In this document: positions 10,156-19,848 of the stretch, piece by piece | How positions within the stretch are numbered: position 1 is the first letter of the stretch | How the letters are laid out: every line of letters begins with the position of its first letter | Source: an uncultured Bacillota bacterium | Lineage (GTDB): Bacteria > Bacillota > Dehalobacteriia > UBA7702 | NCBI GenBank assembly: GCA_934702375.1 | Contig: CAKUYE010000002.1 | Span: 16,188-80,187, forward strand | Direction: 5' to 3' | DNA: 64,000 nt | Notes under the pieces: generated by a model | Seen by the model: the letters and a program-made list of their open reading frames with translations, nothing else | Databases searched by the model: none | Told to the model about the DNA's origin: nothing | Made by a program: the position numbers and the translations under genes

Positions 10156-12216
10156 ATGTCTGTTGTATTGGGTATTGACACCGGCGGAACCTTTACCGAT
10201 GCGGTGATCATTGATTTGGAAACAAAAAAAATTCATGCGGAAACGAAATCGGAAACGACCCATTTTCATCTGATCGAAGGCATTTCCAAAGCCATCGATC
10301 AGCTGGAATACGATGATTTTTCCAATGTCGCCTATGCTTCTCTCTCCACTACACTGGCAACCAATGCCATTGTGGAAGGGCGGGGCTGCCGCGTGGGGCT
10401 GATCGTTATGGGCTTTGCGCCCAAGGAGCTGCCCCGGTGCGAGTTGGCGGTGATCCCCGGCGCCATCGACCTTCACGGCGGTGTGGCAGAGCCTTTGGAT
10501 TCGGAAAAAACCCGGGCTGCCATTGAAAGCTTTCGGGGCAAGGTAGATGCTGTTGCCGTTTCCTGTATTTTGAGTATCCGTAATCCTTCTTTGGAAAACG
10601 AAGTTAAAACCATGGTTCGGGAGCAGCTGGGGTTGCCTTGTGTGGCTGCCCATGAGCTTTCTTCGGCTCTGGGGATGCAGGAGCGCACCGTTACCGCAGC
10701 CCTCAATGCCCGGCTGCTGTCGGTAATTGATGATCTCTTTGCCGCAGTAAAAGAGGCTCTTGCCAAAAAGGGCATGGATATCCCCATTATGATCGTAAAA
10801 GGGGATGGTAGCCTGATGACGGAAGCCACGGCGAAATACCGCCCCATTGAAACGATCCTCTCGGGACCGGCGGCCAGTATCATCGGCGCTACCTTTCTCA
10901 ACGGTACCGATCACGGGTTAATCCTTGATATGGGCGGAACAACGACGGATATCGCCGTGATGAAAAACGGACGCCCCCGCATTAATCCTCAGGGAGCATC
11001 GGTGGGTGGTTGGCGCACCCGAGTGGCGGCGGCAGAGGTCAATACCTTTGGTCTTGGCGGCGATAGCCGTATTCATCTGGATATGGTGGATCATAAGGTG
11101 AAGGTGGGACCGCGACGGGTTTATCCTCTTTCCACCATTTGCCGTCTTTACCCCCATTACCGCCGGGAAATGCACACCCTTGTATCGCAGCGCATCGGCT
11201 TGATGAAATATGAGCTTTGCGAAGGCTTTTTCCTTTTGCGGGAGCTTCCCGTTGGGATGCTTTCTCTTTCCAATACCCAGTATGCGGTGTTGCGGGAGCT
11301 GAAGGATGGCCCCCACACGATTCGGGAGCTTTCTTCCCGTATCGGCGTTGATCCGGATTTCATCCATATGGATCTTCTTGTGGAGCACGGTATTGTGGCA
11401 TTGGTGGGTTTTACCCCAACGGATCTTCTTCACGCCGTCGGGGAATATACCCGGGGCGATGCCGAAGGCTCCAAATTAGGGCTTACTCTCCTTGCCCGGC
11501 GTTGGGATATGACCGAGGAGGATGTGGCGGCCACCATCCGGAAAAAGATCACCGAAGGGCTGGCGGAAACAATTTTGGACAGTGCCTTTGCCTATGAAAA
11601 GCTGCCCTTGGATGCCGCTTCCACGGAGCAGCTGAAAGCCATGGTAAAAAAAGCCTTTTACGAGGATAAGGAAGATCTTTTGAGCATTCTTTTCCGGCTG
11701 AATATGCCGGTGGTGGGGATCGGTGCTCCCATTCGTTCCTGGCTTACACCGGCAGCGGAAAAATTCCACACCGATGTGATCTATCCGGAGCATTACCACG
11801 TTGCCAATGCGGTGGGTGCCGCCGCCGGAAAGATCACCCATATTTATCGCATTACCGTCCAGAATCACGAGATTGACGGCATCCATGTTTATGCTCCCTG
11901 GGGTCGCACCGTATTTGGGGTGGATGAAGAGGAAGAGCACGGCGCCGAAGATGTCACCGCAGAACAGATGCACATCGGCAATCAGCGAAAAACCAGAGAT
12001 TTTGTGGTTAATCAGGCCATTCAATATGCCATCAGCGAAGGCAAACGCCGCATGGAAGCGGAGCTGAAAGCAGAAAACCTGAAAAACTATGAAATCCTGA
12101 CGGAACGTCACGACCGCACCGTAGGCTATACCTACAACGAAAATATTCAAATGTTCATCGAATCTCAAATCGAGATCATAGCCGCAATCAACCCCAACTG
12201 GCAATACGAAAATTAA
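10156..12216 (+). CDS. Hydantoinase/oxoprolinase-family protein (HyuA-like)
   Basis: 686 aa. N-terminal GIDTGGTFTDAV hydantoinase motif and a second LDMGGTTTDIA sugar-kinase-fold motif. AAAGGGA RBS before ATG 10156. Confidence 0.75.
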   Translation: MSVVLGIDTGGTFTDAVIIDLETKKIHAETKSETTHFHLIEGISKAIDQLEYDDFSNVAYASLSTTLATNAIVEGRGCRVGLIVMGFAPKELPRCELAVIPGAIDLHGGVAEPLDSEKTRAAIESFRGKVDAVAVSCILSIRNPSLENEVKTMVREQLGLPCVAAHELSSALGMQERTVTAALNARLLSVIDDLFAAVKEALAKKGMDIPIMIVKGDGSLMTEATAKYRPIETILSGPAASIIGATFLNGTDHGLILDMGGTTTDIAVMKNGRPRINPQGASVGGWRTRVAAAEVNTFGLGGDSRIHLDMVDHKVKVGPRRVYPLSTICRLYPHYRREMHTLVSQRIGLMKYELCEGFFLLRELPVGMLSLSNTQYAVLRELKDGPHTIRELSSRIGVDPDFIHMDLLVEHGIVALVGFTPTDLLHAVGEYTRGDAEGSKLGLTLLARRWDMTEEDVAATIRKKITEGLAETILDSAFAYEKLPLDAASTEQLKAMVKKAFYEDKEDLLSILFRLNMPVVGIGAPIRSWLTPAAEKFHTDVIYPEHYHVANAVGAAAGKITHIYRITVQNHEIDGIHVYAPWGRTVFGVDEEEEHGAEDVTAEQMHIGNQRKTRDFVVNQAIQYAISEGKRRMEAELKAENLKNYEILTERHDRTVGYTYNENIQMFIESQIEIIAAINPNWQYEN

Positions 12217-12246
12217 AGAAAACAGCCTCTCCGAATCAAAGGACCC

Positions 12247-12281
12247 CCAATACTGGACACTCCGTATTGGGGGTATTGTTA
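12247..12281 (+). terminator. Putative terminator hairpin after the hydantoinase-family gene
   Basis: ACCCCCAATAC-N10-GTATTGGGGGT inverted repeat followed by a weak T-tract. Confidence 0.4.
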
Positions 12282-12535
12282 TATGAAGTACAGCTATGAG
12301 TACAAGCAAAGGTGTTTATAAATGTGTCGACAAGGGAAATGGCCGGAGACACCAGATGGTGTGCAAGAAAAACTTTTCATGGCATGATTCGCGAGTGGTT
12401 CGAAATAGAGAAAGCTTGCGGTCCGGAGGCATTACAACACAAGAATCAAAACAAAGGCAAAAGTAAATTTCATATGCTTATGCAGCATGAAAATTCCCGC
12501 CTTGTTGTGGTGCAAGGCGGGAATATCTTTATCTA

Positions 12536-13336
12536 TTATTTTATTGGAAAGAAGTGGATGAACTTTTCTTCATCGCCGTTTTCCAGGCTTTGCAGCATAC
12601 CGTTTTTATCCATTCTGCAGGCAAAACAGCGGGTATGAATCTTGAATCCGATTTCAGGAATTTCACAGGAAACAGGCATAGTCAGTTCTTCACCCCAACG
12701 CTCTTTGTATTCTTTCCCTTCCTTTGCATACATTTCCGGGAATTTTATATTAACATATTGATCTTCCTGGGTTTGATCATACACAATGACAATATTCTCG
12801 GAATTTGGAACATGAACTATCTTTCGCACGACATCTTGAATTTCTTTTTCGTTCCGGCAATCATTGCCGATACAACCCCGAAGGAAGTAATCGACATTAT
12901 CAGGTTTGATTTCTGTGCCGGTTTGGTTTCCATAGAAATACTGGGCTACAATAAAGATAAGGTCTTTCTTCGTTTCAGCATCCTTTTCTTCCGCTAATTT
13001 TCGCATTTTTTCCAATTCCTCTTGTCTTTTTTGTTCCCGTTGGGCTTCATGTTCCCTGCGCATTTCATCGGTAGGGCGGACCCATTGCTCATCCCGTTCC
13101 CAATAGGGACACTCGTCCTCTACATCCATGAAGGTGCAGCCTCTGAAAACCTGCATGATATCTCCGTCACGATAGCTGTCATCGTTAAAGGTGAGGTCAT
13201 CATTGAATTCAAATAGCCAATCTGCGCCGATTTCCTGATAAAGGATATAGTCTTCACTTTTCAGTACTACGCCAAGGTATCCCGCTCTGTTTACAATGAT
13301 ATCGCCGGTATTCAATTCTTCTTTTTTCATATACAT
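12536..13336 (-). CDS. Hypothetical protein in an AT-rich island
   Basis: Start taken at MYMKKEEL, which has an AGGAGA RBS. Highly charged central segment. No recognisable domain. Confidence 0.5.
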   Translation of the reverse strand: MYMKKEELNTGDIIVNRAGYLGVVLKSEDYILYQEIGADWLFEFNDDLTFNDDSYRDGDIMQVFRGCTFMDVEDECPYWERDEQWVRPTDEMRREHEAQREQKRQEELEKMRKLAEEKDAETKKDLIFIVAQYFYGNQTGTEIKPDNVDYFLRGCIGNDCRNEKEIQDVVRKIVHVPNSENIVIVYDQTQEDQYVNIKFPEMYAKEGKEYKERWGEELTMPVSCEIPEIGFKIHTRCFACRMDKNGMLQSLENGDEEKFIHFFPIK

Positions 13337-13435
13337 AATAGATTCTCCTTGTATGATTTGATTCACAACGTTCTTTGTTGTTGTGAGCTTATTATACAAG
13401 AAGTATCTCTGAAAAGGCGCTCATAGCAGTAGCGA

Positions 13436-13921
13436 CTATTTGTTTCGTGTAATGAGTTTGCTTAAAGATTTATATCCGCGAGCATCCAGATAGAGATTCA
13501 GATCTATAAGGGTTCGATGTTTTTTTAGTGCATACCAGACGATGGCATCCCGTTTGCGCCGAGCATATAATGGCTGCTTACCGGAGTATCTCAGCAAGAT
13601 CTGTGTTTCCTCCACGGTTGCGCCGAGTCGAACGCAAAGCGCAAGTAAAACGTCACGAGAAGGGTTCAATTCCTCGCCGTTTACGATTTTACGAACATAG
13701 CTATGGGTCTTTCCGATTTCCAAAGCAGCCTTGTTTGGGCTCATCCCGTATCGGTCTAACAGGCGATACAGATAATCTCCCATAAGCAAATTTTCATCCA
13801 TCAAATCTTCGGAAAAATAATTTTCAAATTCTTCGAAAGATTCGATGCAATCAACGGCTCTTTCGATATCAATGGATGGATATTTGTGCTGAAAGAATAA
13901 GTTTCCGTCATGCATTTCCAT
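13436..13921 (-). CDS. XRE-family (Cro/C1-type) HTH transcriptional regulator
   Basis: HTH segment MSPNKAALEIGKTHSYVRKIVNGEELNPSRDVLLALCVRLGATVEE. Start taken at MEMHDG, with GGAGG 7 nt upstream. The ORF-track N-terminal extension lacks an RBS. Confidence 0.65.
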   Translation of the reverse strand: MEMHDGNLFFQHKYPSIDIERAVDCIESFEEFENYFSEDLMDENLLMGDYLYRLLDRYGMSPNKAALEIGKTHSYVRKIVNGEELNPSRDVLLALCVRLGATVEETQILLRYSGKQPLYARRKRDAIVWYALKKHRTLIDLNLYLDARGYKSLSKLITRNK

Positions 13922-14152
13922 GGCATAACCTCCGTTAGATATTATGTATTTATTCATTATTATATTATACTGCAAAACAAAAATGAAATCTACCGAAATA
14001 CACTCACACAAAAAGCTAACGAGATAAGCTCTCTGCAAAGCAAACCGGCGATAAACGAAAATATAATCAAAGACTCTTTGCTAATTCGATAAAATTCCCT
14101 TGAATTAGCAAAGAGTTTTTGCTATAATTAGCGTATTAAAGGTGGTGTTAGT

Positions 14153-15592
14153 TTGTTAACCGAAGAATTGATTGAATTAGCAAACAAAATAAGCAAACAA
14201 AAAGCCGAAGAGCAAACAATAGAACTGAAATCCGCAAAGACAGGTTGTCCCAAAAGGCTGTATGATACGTTATCAAGCTTTTCCAACCAGGACAGCGGTG
14301 GTATTTTGGTATTTGGTATTGATGAGAGCGCTGCATTTCAGGTTGTTGGCGTATATGATCCCCAGGATTTGCAAAAGAAAATAACGGAACAGTGCTTACA
14401 GATGGAACCTCCGGTTCGCGCTGTATTTACACTGGCAGAATATCAGGGGAAGATGATTTGTGCAGCGGAAATTCCCTCCATCGATATCACGGAGCGTCCC
14501 TGCTATTATCGGGGTGCGGGGCGAACGAAAGGTTCCTACATTCGTGTCGGTGATGCGGATTTGCCCATGACGGACTATGAGTTATACAGCTATGAAGCGT
14601 TTCGCAAGCACTTGCATGATGATGAACGACCCGTTGAGCGAGCAACAATGCAATTGTTGGATACGGAAAAAATCCAAGGATACATAAAAAAAATGTGCGT
14701 GGATCGCCCCGGATTTTCCAGGTTGACACCGGAACAAACCATGGAAATGCTGAATATTACGAGAAATGGCGTTCCGACATTGGCTGCTGTTCTGAATTTC
14801 GGCATTTTCCCTCAAGGTTTTTTCCCTCAGCTTGGTATTACGGCCATCGTAGTACCCGGGACCGAAATCGGTGATGTCGATGAAGAATCCGCGCGGTTTA
14901 TTGACAACAAACGAATTTGCGGAACCATTTCGGAAATGGTGGAAGAAGCTTTGAATTTTTGCCGCAGAAATATGAAAGTTAAAACCATTATCAGCAAAGA
15001 AACCGGTGCTCGCACCGATAAAACAGAGTACCCGGTGGAGGCACTTCGCGAGGCAATCCTTAATGCCGTCATTCACCGCGATTACAGTATTCATACCGAG
15101 GGAACTCCGGTTCAAATTGACTTTTTTACAGACCGTGTTGAAATTCACAGTCCCGGAAGTTTATACGGCCGGATGAGTATTGAACAGCTGGGGATTGCAA
15201 AACCGGATCTGCGAAATCCTGCCCTGGCGGTTATGGCAGAAATACTGACTGCCGCAGAACATCGCTATTCCGGTATTCCCACCATGCGCAATGCAATGAA
15301 AGAATATGGTTTGCCGGAACCGAAATTTGAAAACCGCCGAAACGAGTTTGTGGTAACCCTTTATAATAAAAAGGAAGCGGAAACTGCAACGGTAAATACG
15401 GAACCGGTTGATGATTTGTTGACCTTCTGTCATGAACCGAAAACACGGCAGGAGATTGCTACCTTTTTGGGTGTGAAAACCGTGTTTTATGCAATGCAGC
15501 ATTATGTTCGGCCTTTGCTTGATGCCAAAAAACTTGCAATGACTATGCCGGAGAAACCAAAAAGCAGAAATCAAATGTATTACACCGTTTGA
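14153..15592 (+). CDS. AlbA_2 (Schlafen-like) plus HATPase_c_4 ('RecG C-terminal-like') domain protein, a putative DNA-binding regulator
   Basis: N-terminal divergent-AAA/AlbA_2 pattern (SFSNQDSGGILVFGIDE) and C-terminal HATPase_c_4-like region (LREAILNAVIHRDYS). TTG start with AGGTGGTG RBS. Paralog of 32578-33891. Confidence 0.6.
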   Translation: MLTEELIELANKISKQKAEEQTIELKSAKTGCPKRLYDTLSSFSNQDSGGILVFGIDESAAFQVVGVYDPQDLQKKITEQCLQMEPPVRAVFTLAEYQGKMICAAEIPSIDITERPCYYRGAGRTKGSYIRVGDADLPMTDYELYSYEAFRKHLHDDERPVERATMQLLDTEKIQGYIKKMCVDRPGFSRLTPEQTMEMLNITRNGVPTLAAVLNFGIFPQGFFPQLGITAIVVPGTEIGDVDEESARFIDNKRICGTISEMVEEALNFCRRNMKVKTIISKETGARTDKTEYPVEALREAILNAVIHRDYSIHTEGTPVQIDFFTDRVEIHSPGSLYGRMSIEQLGIAKPDLRNPALAVMAEILTAAEHRYSGIPTMRNAMKEYGLPEPKFENRRNEFVVTLYNKKEAETATVNTEPVDDLLTFCHEPKTRQEIATFLGVKTVFYAMQHYVRPLLDAKKLAMTMPEKPKSRNQMYYTV

Positions 15593-15681
15593 ATTGACGG
15601 AAAAGCCAGCGTCGTGGAGGCGCTGGCTTTTGATTGTGGTTTATTTGATTTTTCATCCTTTTATCCTTTGGGATGATTTTT

Positions 15682-17226
15682 TTATTGGGGGAGGAGCGGG
15701 GTTTCCGGGAGGTCCGGGATATTTTCTTCGCTTTCGTCGTCGGGGTTTTCGTCGATATCCAGTTCAAACCAGAAATTTACCCCATTTTCACTGTTGAACA
15801 CACCGCATTTGTTGTTGTGGGCTTCCATAATGGTCTTTACGATGGTAAGGCCGATGCCGGTGCCGCCATAGCTGCCGGTACGGGCTTTATTGCGTTTATA
15901 GAAGCTGAGCCAGATCTTATCCAGTTCTTCCTCGGGGATGGGATCCCCTTCGTTAAAGACATTGATATGGAGCTTTTTGTCCATAGTCTCGGTGGTGATG
16001 CGGATATGGCCCTGAGCGGCGGTATGGTCGGCGGCATTGGTAATGAGGTTCACCAGTACCTGACCAAGCATATTGCTGTCGGCCAAAATCATACATTTTT
16101 CCGCGGTGCTTTTGATGTAGATCTGTTTTTCCTTAAACATCAGGTTGAATTTGGCAATGATGGTATCAATATAGGAGGCAATATCGAAGGATTCGATTTC
16201 CGGTTTGATCTTGCCCAGTTCCAGCTGGGAAAGGCTTAAGATCTGCCGTACCAGTTTGTTCATACGGTCGGCTTCTTCGATGATGACCGAGGTGTAGAAC
16301 TCCCGATCCTCCTGACTTTCGCTGATATTTTCCCTTAGCCCCTCGGCATAGCCCTGAATAATGGCAATGGGAGTTTTGAGGTCGTGGGAAACGTTGGCAA
16401 TGAGGTTTTGGCGCATTTCATCAATCTGGCGTTCTCTCCGCACTTCATCCTCTAAAATGGCATTGGCTTTTTGCAGTTCGGCAATGGATTCTTCCAAACG
16501 ATCCGAGAGGAAATTTACATTTTCCCCCAGTTCGCCGATTTCATCGGTGGTTTTGCCGGTGAATTTTTTACTGAAATCCAACTGAGACATACGTTTTGTG
16601 ATGTCGTTGATTTCCAGAATGGGTTTCACCCAGTGCCGTGAAATCAAAAAGGCCATAACCAGAGAAAAGAGGAGTGTAACACAGCCGGTGATCATGATAA
16701 AGAAGCGACTGTAGCCGATATTTGCTTCGATGGAGGGCACCGAGAGCCTTAAAACGATATAAAACATATCGCTGCCCAAAGGAAGCTGACCGATGAGTGT
16801 CAAAAATCGTCCCTGGGAAACTTCATCGTTTTGGGTATAGATGATATAGCCGTCATTTTCGATGTTGTTCCGAAAGGTGCGGATCTCTCTTTCGTAGATG
16901 TCCGAATCCATGGTGTCGGCGATTTTCTGGCGGATGTTGCCGTTATCTTCGATGAGAAAAGCGCTGACGGTATCGTAGGAGCTGTTGAGAAAGAGGATCT
17001 GCATTCCCGATGCCGATTCAAATTCCTGAATGTTGCTGGAGAGGTAGCCGTTATTTTCAATGACTTCATTGTAGATACGGTGGTAGGACTCTGCCAGCAG
17101 ATTTTTATTTTGAGCTACGGTATATTTGCCGTAAAAAAGAATGTGAGAGCAGGTGAGAATCATCATGAAAAACAGGATGATAAAACCTACCGTCAAAAAC
17201 AGTTTTGTTTGTATGGAATACTTCAT
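15682..17226 (-). CDS. Sensor histidine kinase (HisKA plus HATPase_c, two TM segments)
   Basis: H-box SHDLKTPIAIIQGY, then N, G1 and G2 boxes. 514 aa. Immediately downstream of the response regulator. Confidence 0.9.
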   Translation of the reverse strand: MKYSIQTKLFLTVGFIILFFMMILTCSHILFYGKYTVAQNKNLLAESYHRIYNEVIENNGYLSSNIQEFESASGMQILFLNSSYDTVSAFLIEDNGNIRQKIADTMDSDIYEREIRTFRNNIENDGYIIYTQNDEVSQGRFLTLIGQLPLGSDMFYIVLRLSVPSIEANIGYSRFFIMITGCVTLLFSLVMAFLISRHWVKPILEINDITKRMSQLDFSKKFTGKTTDEIGELGENVNFLSDRLEESIAELQKANAILEDEVRRERQIDEMRQNLIANVSHDLKTPIAIIQGYAEGLRENISESQEDREFYTSVIIEEADRMNKLVRQILSLSQLELGKIKPEIESFDIASYIDTIIAKFNLMFKEKQIYIKSTAEKCMILADSNMLGQVLVNLITNAADHTAAQGHIRITTETMDKKLHINVFNEGDPIPEEELDKIWLSFYKRNKARTGSYGGTGIGLTIVKTIMEAHNNKCGVFNSENGVNFWFELDIDENPDDESEENIPDLPETPLLPQ

Positions 17227-17240
17227 CGGGTATTCCCTCG

Positions 17241-17912
17241 TTATCCTTCAAAACGATAGCCGTAACCGCGTACCGTTTCGATGAGGTTGCCTTTTTCTCC
17301 CAGCTTTGCCCGGAGTTTTTTGATGTGGGTATCGACGGTGCGCAGGTCACCGAAATAGTCATAACCCCAGAGGGCGTTGAGGATCTGCTCGCGGCTGAGA
17401 GCTACCTTCTGATTTACGGCAAGGTAAACAAGGAGTTCGTATTCTTTGGGACTGAGGTCAATGCGTTCGCCATCGCAGGTTACCACACGTGCCACCTCGT
17501 CAATGACAAGACCGTCAAAGTCTTTTACGCCGCTGCCGCTGCTTTCCGGCTGCTGACGGAGAAGAAGCTTGATCCGGGCCATCAATACGATGGGACTGAA
17601 GGGCTTCGTAATGTAATCGCTGGCGCCCAGCTCCAAACCGAAAACCTCGTCGCTGTCCTCGGAACGGGCCGTAAGCATGATAACCGGCAGTTTGGAGTCT
17701 TTTTTCCGAATGTGGCGCAAAACGCTCCAGCCGTCATACTGGGGCATCATGACATCGAGAATCACCAGACTCAGCTGCCCCATTTTTGTTTCGATAATAT
17801 CCATAGCTTCCTGACCGTCGGCGGCTTCCAGAACGGTATAGCCTTCCTTGGTCAGAAAGTCCTTCACCAAACGGCGCATTCTTTCTTCATCTTCTGCAAT
17901 TAAAATATTCAT
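17241..17912 (-). CDS. OmpR-family response regulator
   Basis: MNILIAEDEERMRRLVKDFL receiver domain and winged-helix C-terminus (TVRGYGYRFE). AAGGAGG RBS before ATG 17912. Confidence 0.9.
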   Translation of the reverse strand: MNILIAEDEERMRRLVKDFLTKEGYTVLEAADGQEAMDIIETKMGQLSLVILDVMMPQYDGWSVLRHIRKKDSKLPVIMLTARSEDSDEVFGLELGASDYITKPFSPIVLMARIKLLLRQQPESSGSGVKDFDGLVIDEVARVVTCDGERIDLSPKEYELLVYLAVNQKVALSREQILNALWGYDYFGDLRTVDTHIKKLRAKLGEKGNLIETVRGYGYRFEG

Positions 17913-18010
17913 ACACAAAACCTCCTTGCAAAGGGTAATCTTCATTTTTCCTATCGTCATTATGGGGGAAAAGTATGACGATTTTGTGTTCGTATCGGCA
18001 AGGTTTCGTA

Positions 18011-19663
18011 TTATCCTTTTCGGTTACTGTTTTTGCTGCGGTTGCGGTTCCGGCGTTTTTGGGCTTCCTTTTTCTCTTTGATCTTTTCGTAATTGCGCCG
18101 ATTTTCCGATTTTCCGTGGCCGTTTTTGTGAGAATTTCCTGCATAGTAGGTGTCTTTTTCACTGCTGCGGTTTTGTGCATTTGGTGCATTTTGGCGGTAG
18201 CTGCCGCTTTGGGCTTTTTCCTTTTCGGCATTGATACGCATGCGCCGGACATAGGCTTTGCTCTTGCCGCTTTTGGCGCTGAATCGCCGCCAGAGGAAAT
18301 AGGCGATAATGAACACGGCTGCGGCAATGACCGGGATCAGCACGATCTTTATGATCACATCCCATACGGAGCGTTCGTTTCGTTCGTAAAAATTGATCGT
18401 CGTTACGGTGCCGGCATAGGAAGCTTCTTCGGGAAGGGTCAGCGTGATGGTACCCCGAAGGTAGCCGTTTTCGCTGTAGGCAATGGCGGCTTCCAAATCG
18501 CTTACCTTGTAATCGGTGGGTATAAGAAAGTCCTCATCGCCGCTGAAGCCCAGATCCAACGCAGATACCTTGTCCGGCAGGAGATGGTTCAGTTGTTTTT
18601 CCGTAATATTTGCCGGCTCCCATTTATAAAAGCCGAAATTCAGCAGAGCCTGAAGGTCATCGTAGATCAGGTTTTCATCGCCGTTCATCACCACGGCAAT
18701 GAGCTTTCGGTTTTCATTTTCGGCATAGACCATGGCGTGGTATTGCTCGGTGCTTTTGTTGTAGCCACAGCTGCCCCCAAGAATCCCGGAATAAAGGATT
18801 TCGCCGTTAAAAAGCTTGTTGGTGGTGGCGATGCGGAATTTTCCTGTGGTAGTGCCGGTAGATATCGTTTCCGTAGAGGCATAGGCTCCGGGGTTTTCCC
18901 AGGCCGGGTCGGAATAGGCGGTACCCTTTGGCACTTTGCCGCCGTTTTCTTCCTTCAGTGCGTTTTGCTTGTCCTTGTAATCCGAGGCCTGGTTATTTAC
19001 GGCGGAGGCATCTCCGGTGATATTCTTTGCTTTGGTGGTAAAGATCTTTTGAAAGGTCTCGTTTTTCAGGCTGTTTCTGATCAATCGCGCCACATCCGAG
19101 GGGCTGCATTGCTGAGTATCGTAAAAATGGCTGTCGGCATTGGTGGCTTTCATCGTCGGGCAGCAAAGCTCATCGACGGTGAGGTTCATTTGTTTTACGT
19201 AGGCATCAATGGCGGCAGCGGTTTTTTGCTGATCCGTCATAGCGGCATATTCGGCGGTGGAGGTATCCAACAGCGTCTGACCGAGATTTTCCGCAATCAC
19301 ATTGGCGGCATCGTTGTAGCCGCCGAGATAAACGGCATAAAGCATATCGTTGAGCTTTACCGTTTGCCCTTCCTTTAACCCCAGGTAGGGCGCGGAGGTA
19401 TAAATTTTCAGCGCCTGCTTCGTTACCACCAGCTCTTTGGGGGGATTGTCAAACCGCAAAGCGGTAATGACGTTAAGCAGCAGGTTGAATTCCCCCGATG
19501 CCGCAAGGGTATAGGGGTTTTTGCCGTAAAGGATCTGGCCGGTGTCGGCATCAATCACAATGGCAGAGCTGCTGTTGATGGTGATGGCGGCTTGGGCCGG
19601 TGTCGAAATGCCGCACAAGAGCATCAAGAGAATACATATAGGGAAAAGAACTTTCTTTTTCAT
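18011..19663 (-). CDS. D-alanyl-D-alanine carboxypeptidase (peptidase S11 / PBP5-like) with C-terminal TM and a long Lys/Arg-rich tail
   Basis: Signal peptide MKKKVLFPICILLMLLCGISTPAQA. S11 fold. After a C-terminal TM segment comes an ~90-aa highly basic tail. Confidence 0.75.
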   Translation of the reverse strand: MKKKVLFPICILLMLLCGISTPAQAAITINSSSAIVIDADTGQILYGKNPYTLAASGEFNLLLNVITALRFDNPPKELVVTKQALKIYTSAPYLGLKEGQTVKLNDMLYAVYLGGYNDAANVIAENLGQTLLDTSTAEYAAMTDQQKTAAAIDAYVKQMNLTVDELCCPTMKATNADSHFYDTQQCSPSDVARLIRNSLKNETFQKIFTTKAKNITGDASAVNNQASDYKDKQNALKEENGGKVPKGTAYSDPAWENPGAYASTETISTGTTTGKFRIATTNKLFNGEILYSGILGGSCGYNKSTEQYHAMVYAENENRKLIAVVMNGDENLIYDDLQALLNFGFYKWEPANITEKQLNHLLPDKVSALDLGFSGDEDFLIPTDYKVSDLEAAIAYSENGYLRGTITLTLPEEASYAGTVTTINFYERNERSVWDVIIKIVLIPVIAAAVFIIAYFLWRRFSAKSGKSKAYVRRMRINAEKEKAQSGSYRQNAPNAQNRSSEKDTYYAGNSHKNGHGKSENRRNYEKIKEKKEAQKRRNRNRSKNSNRKG

Positions 19664-19848
19664 CGTCAATCTCCAATTCCAAAAGAATCCATACATAGTC
19701 CATTTTATTATAGACGAAAAGACGGCTTTTTACAAATAAAATATTGCTTTTTTCGTAAATTTTCAAAAAAAAAGCAGAAAAAGACAGGGGATAGCAGGAA
19801 ATACCTCTTTGTTTTGCGAATTTATAAAGCACGAAAAGGAGAAATGCG

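Noticed and set aside
12312-12638. 108-aa plus-strand ORF in the AT-rich island
   Set aside because: It overlaps the 3' end of the better-supported minus-strand gene. No RBS, and an odd composition. Kept out of the feature list.
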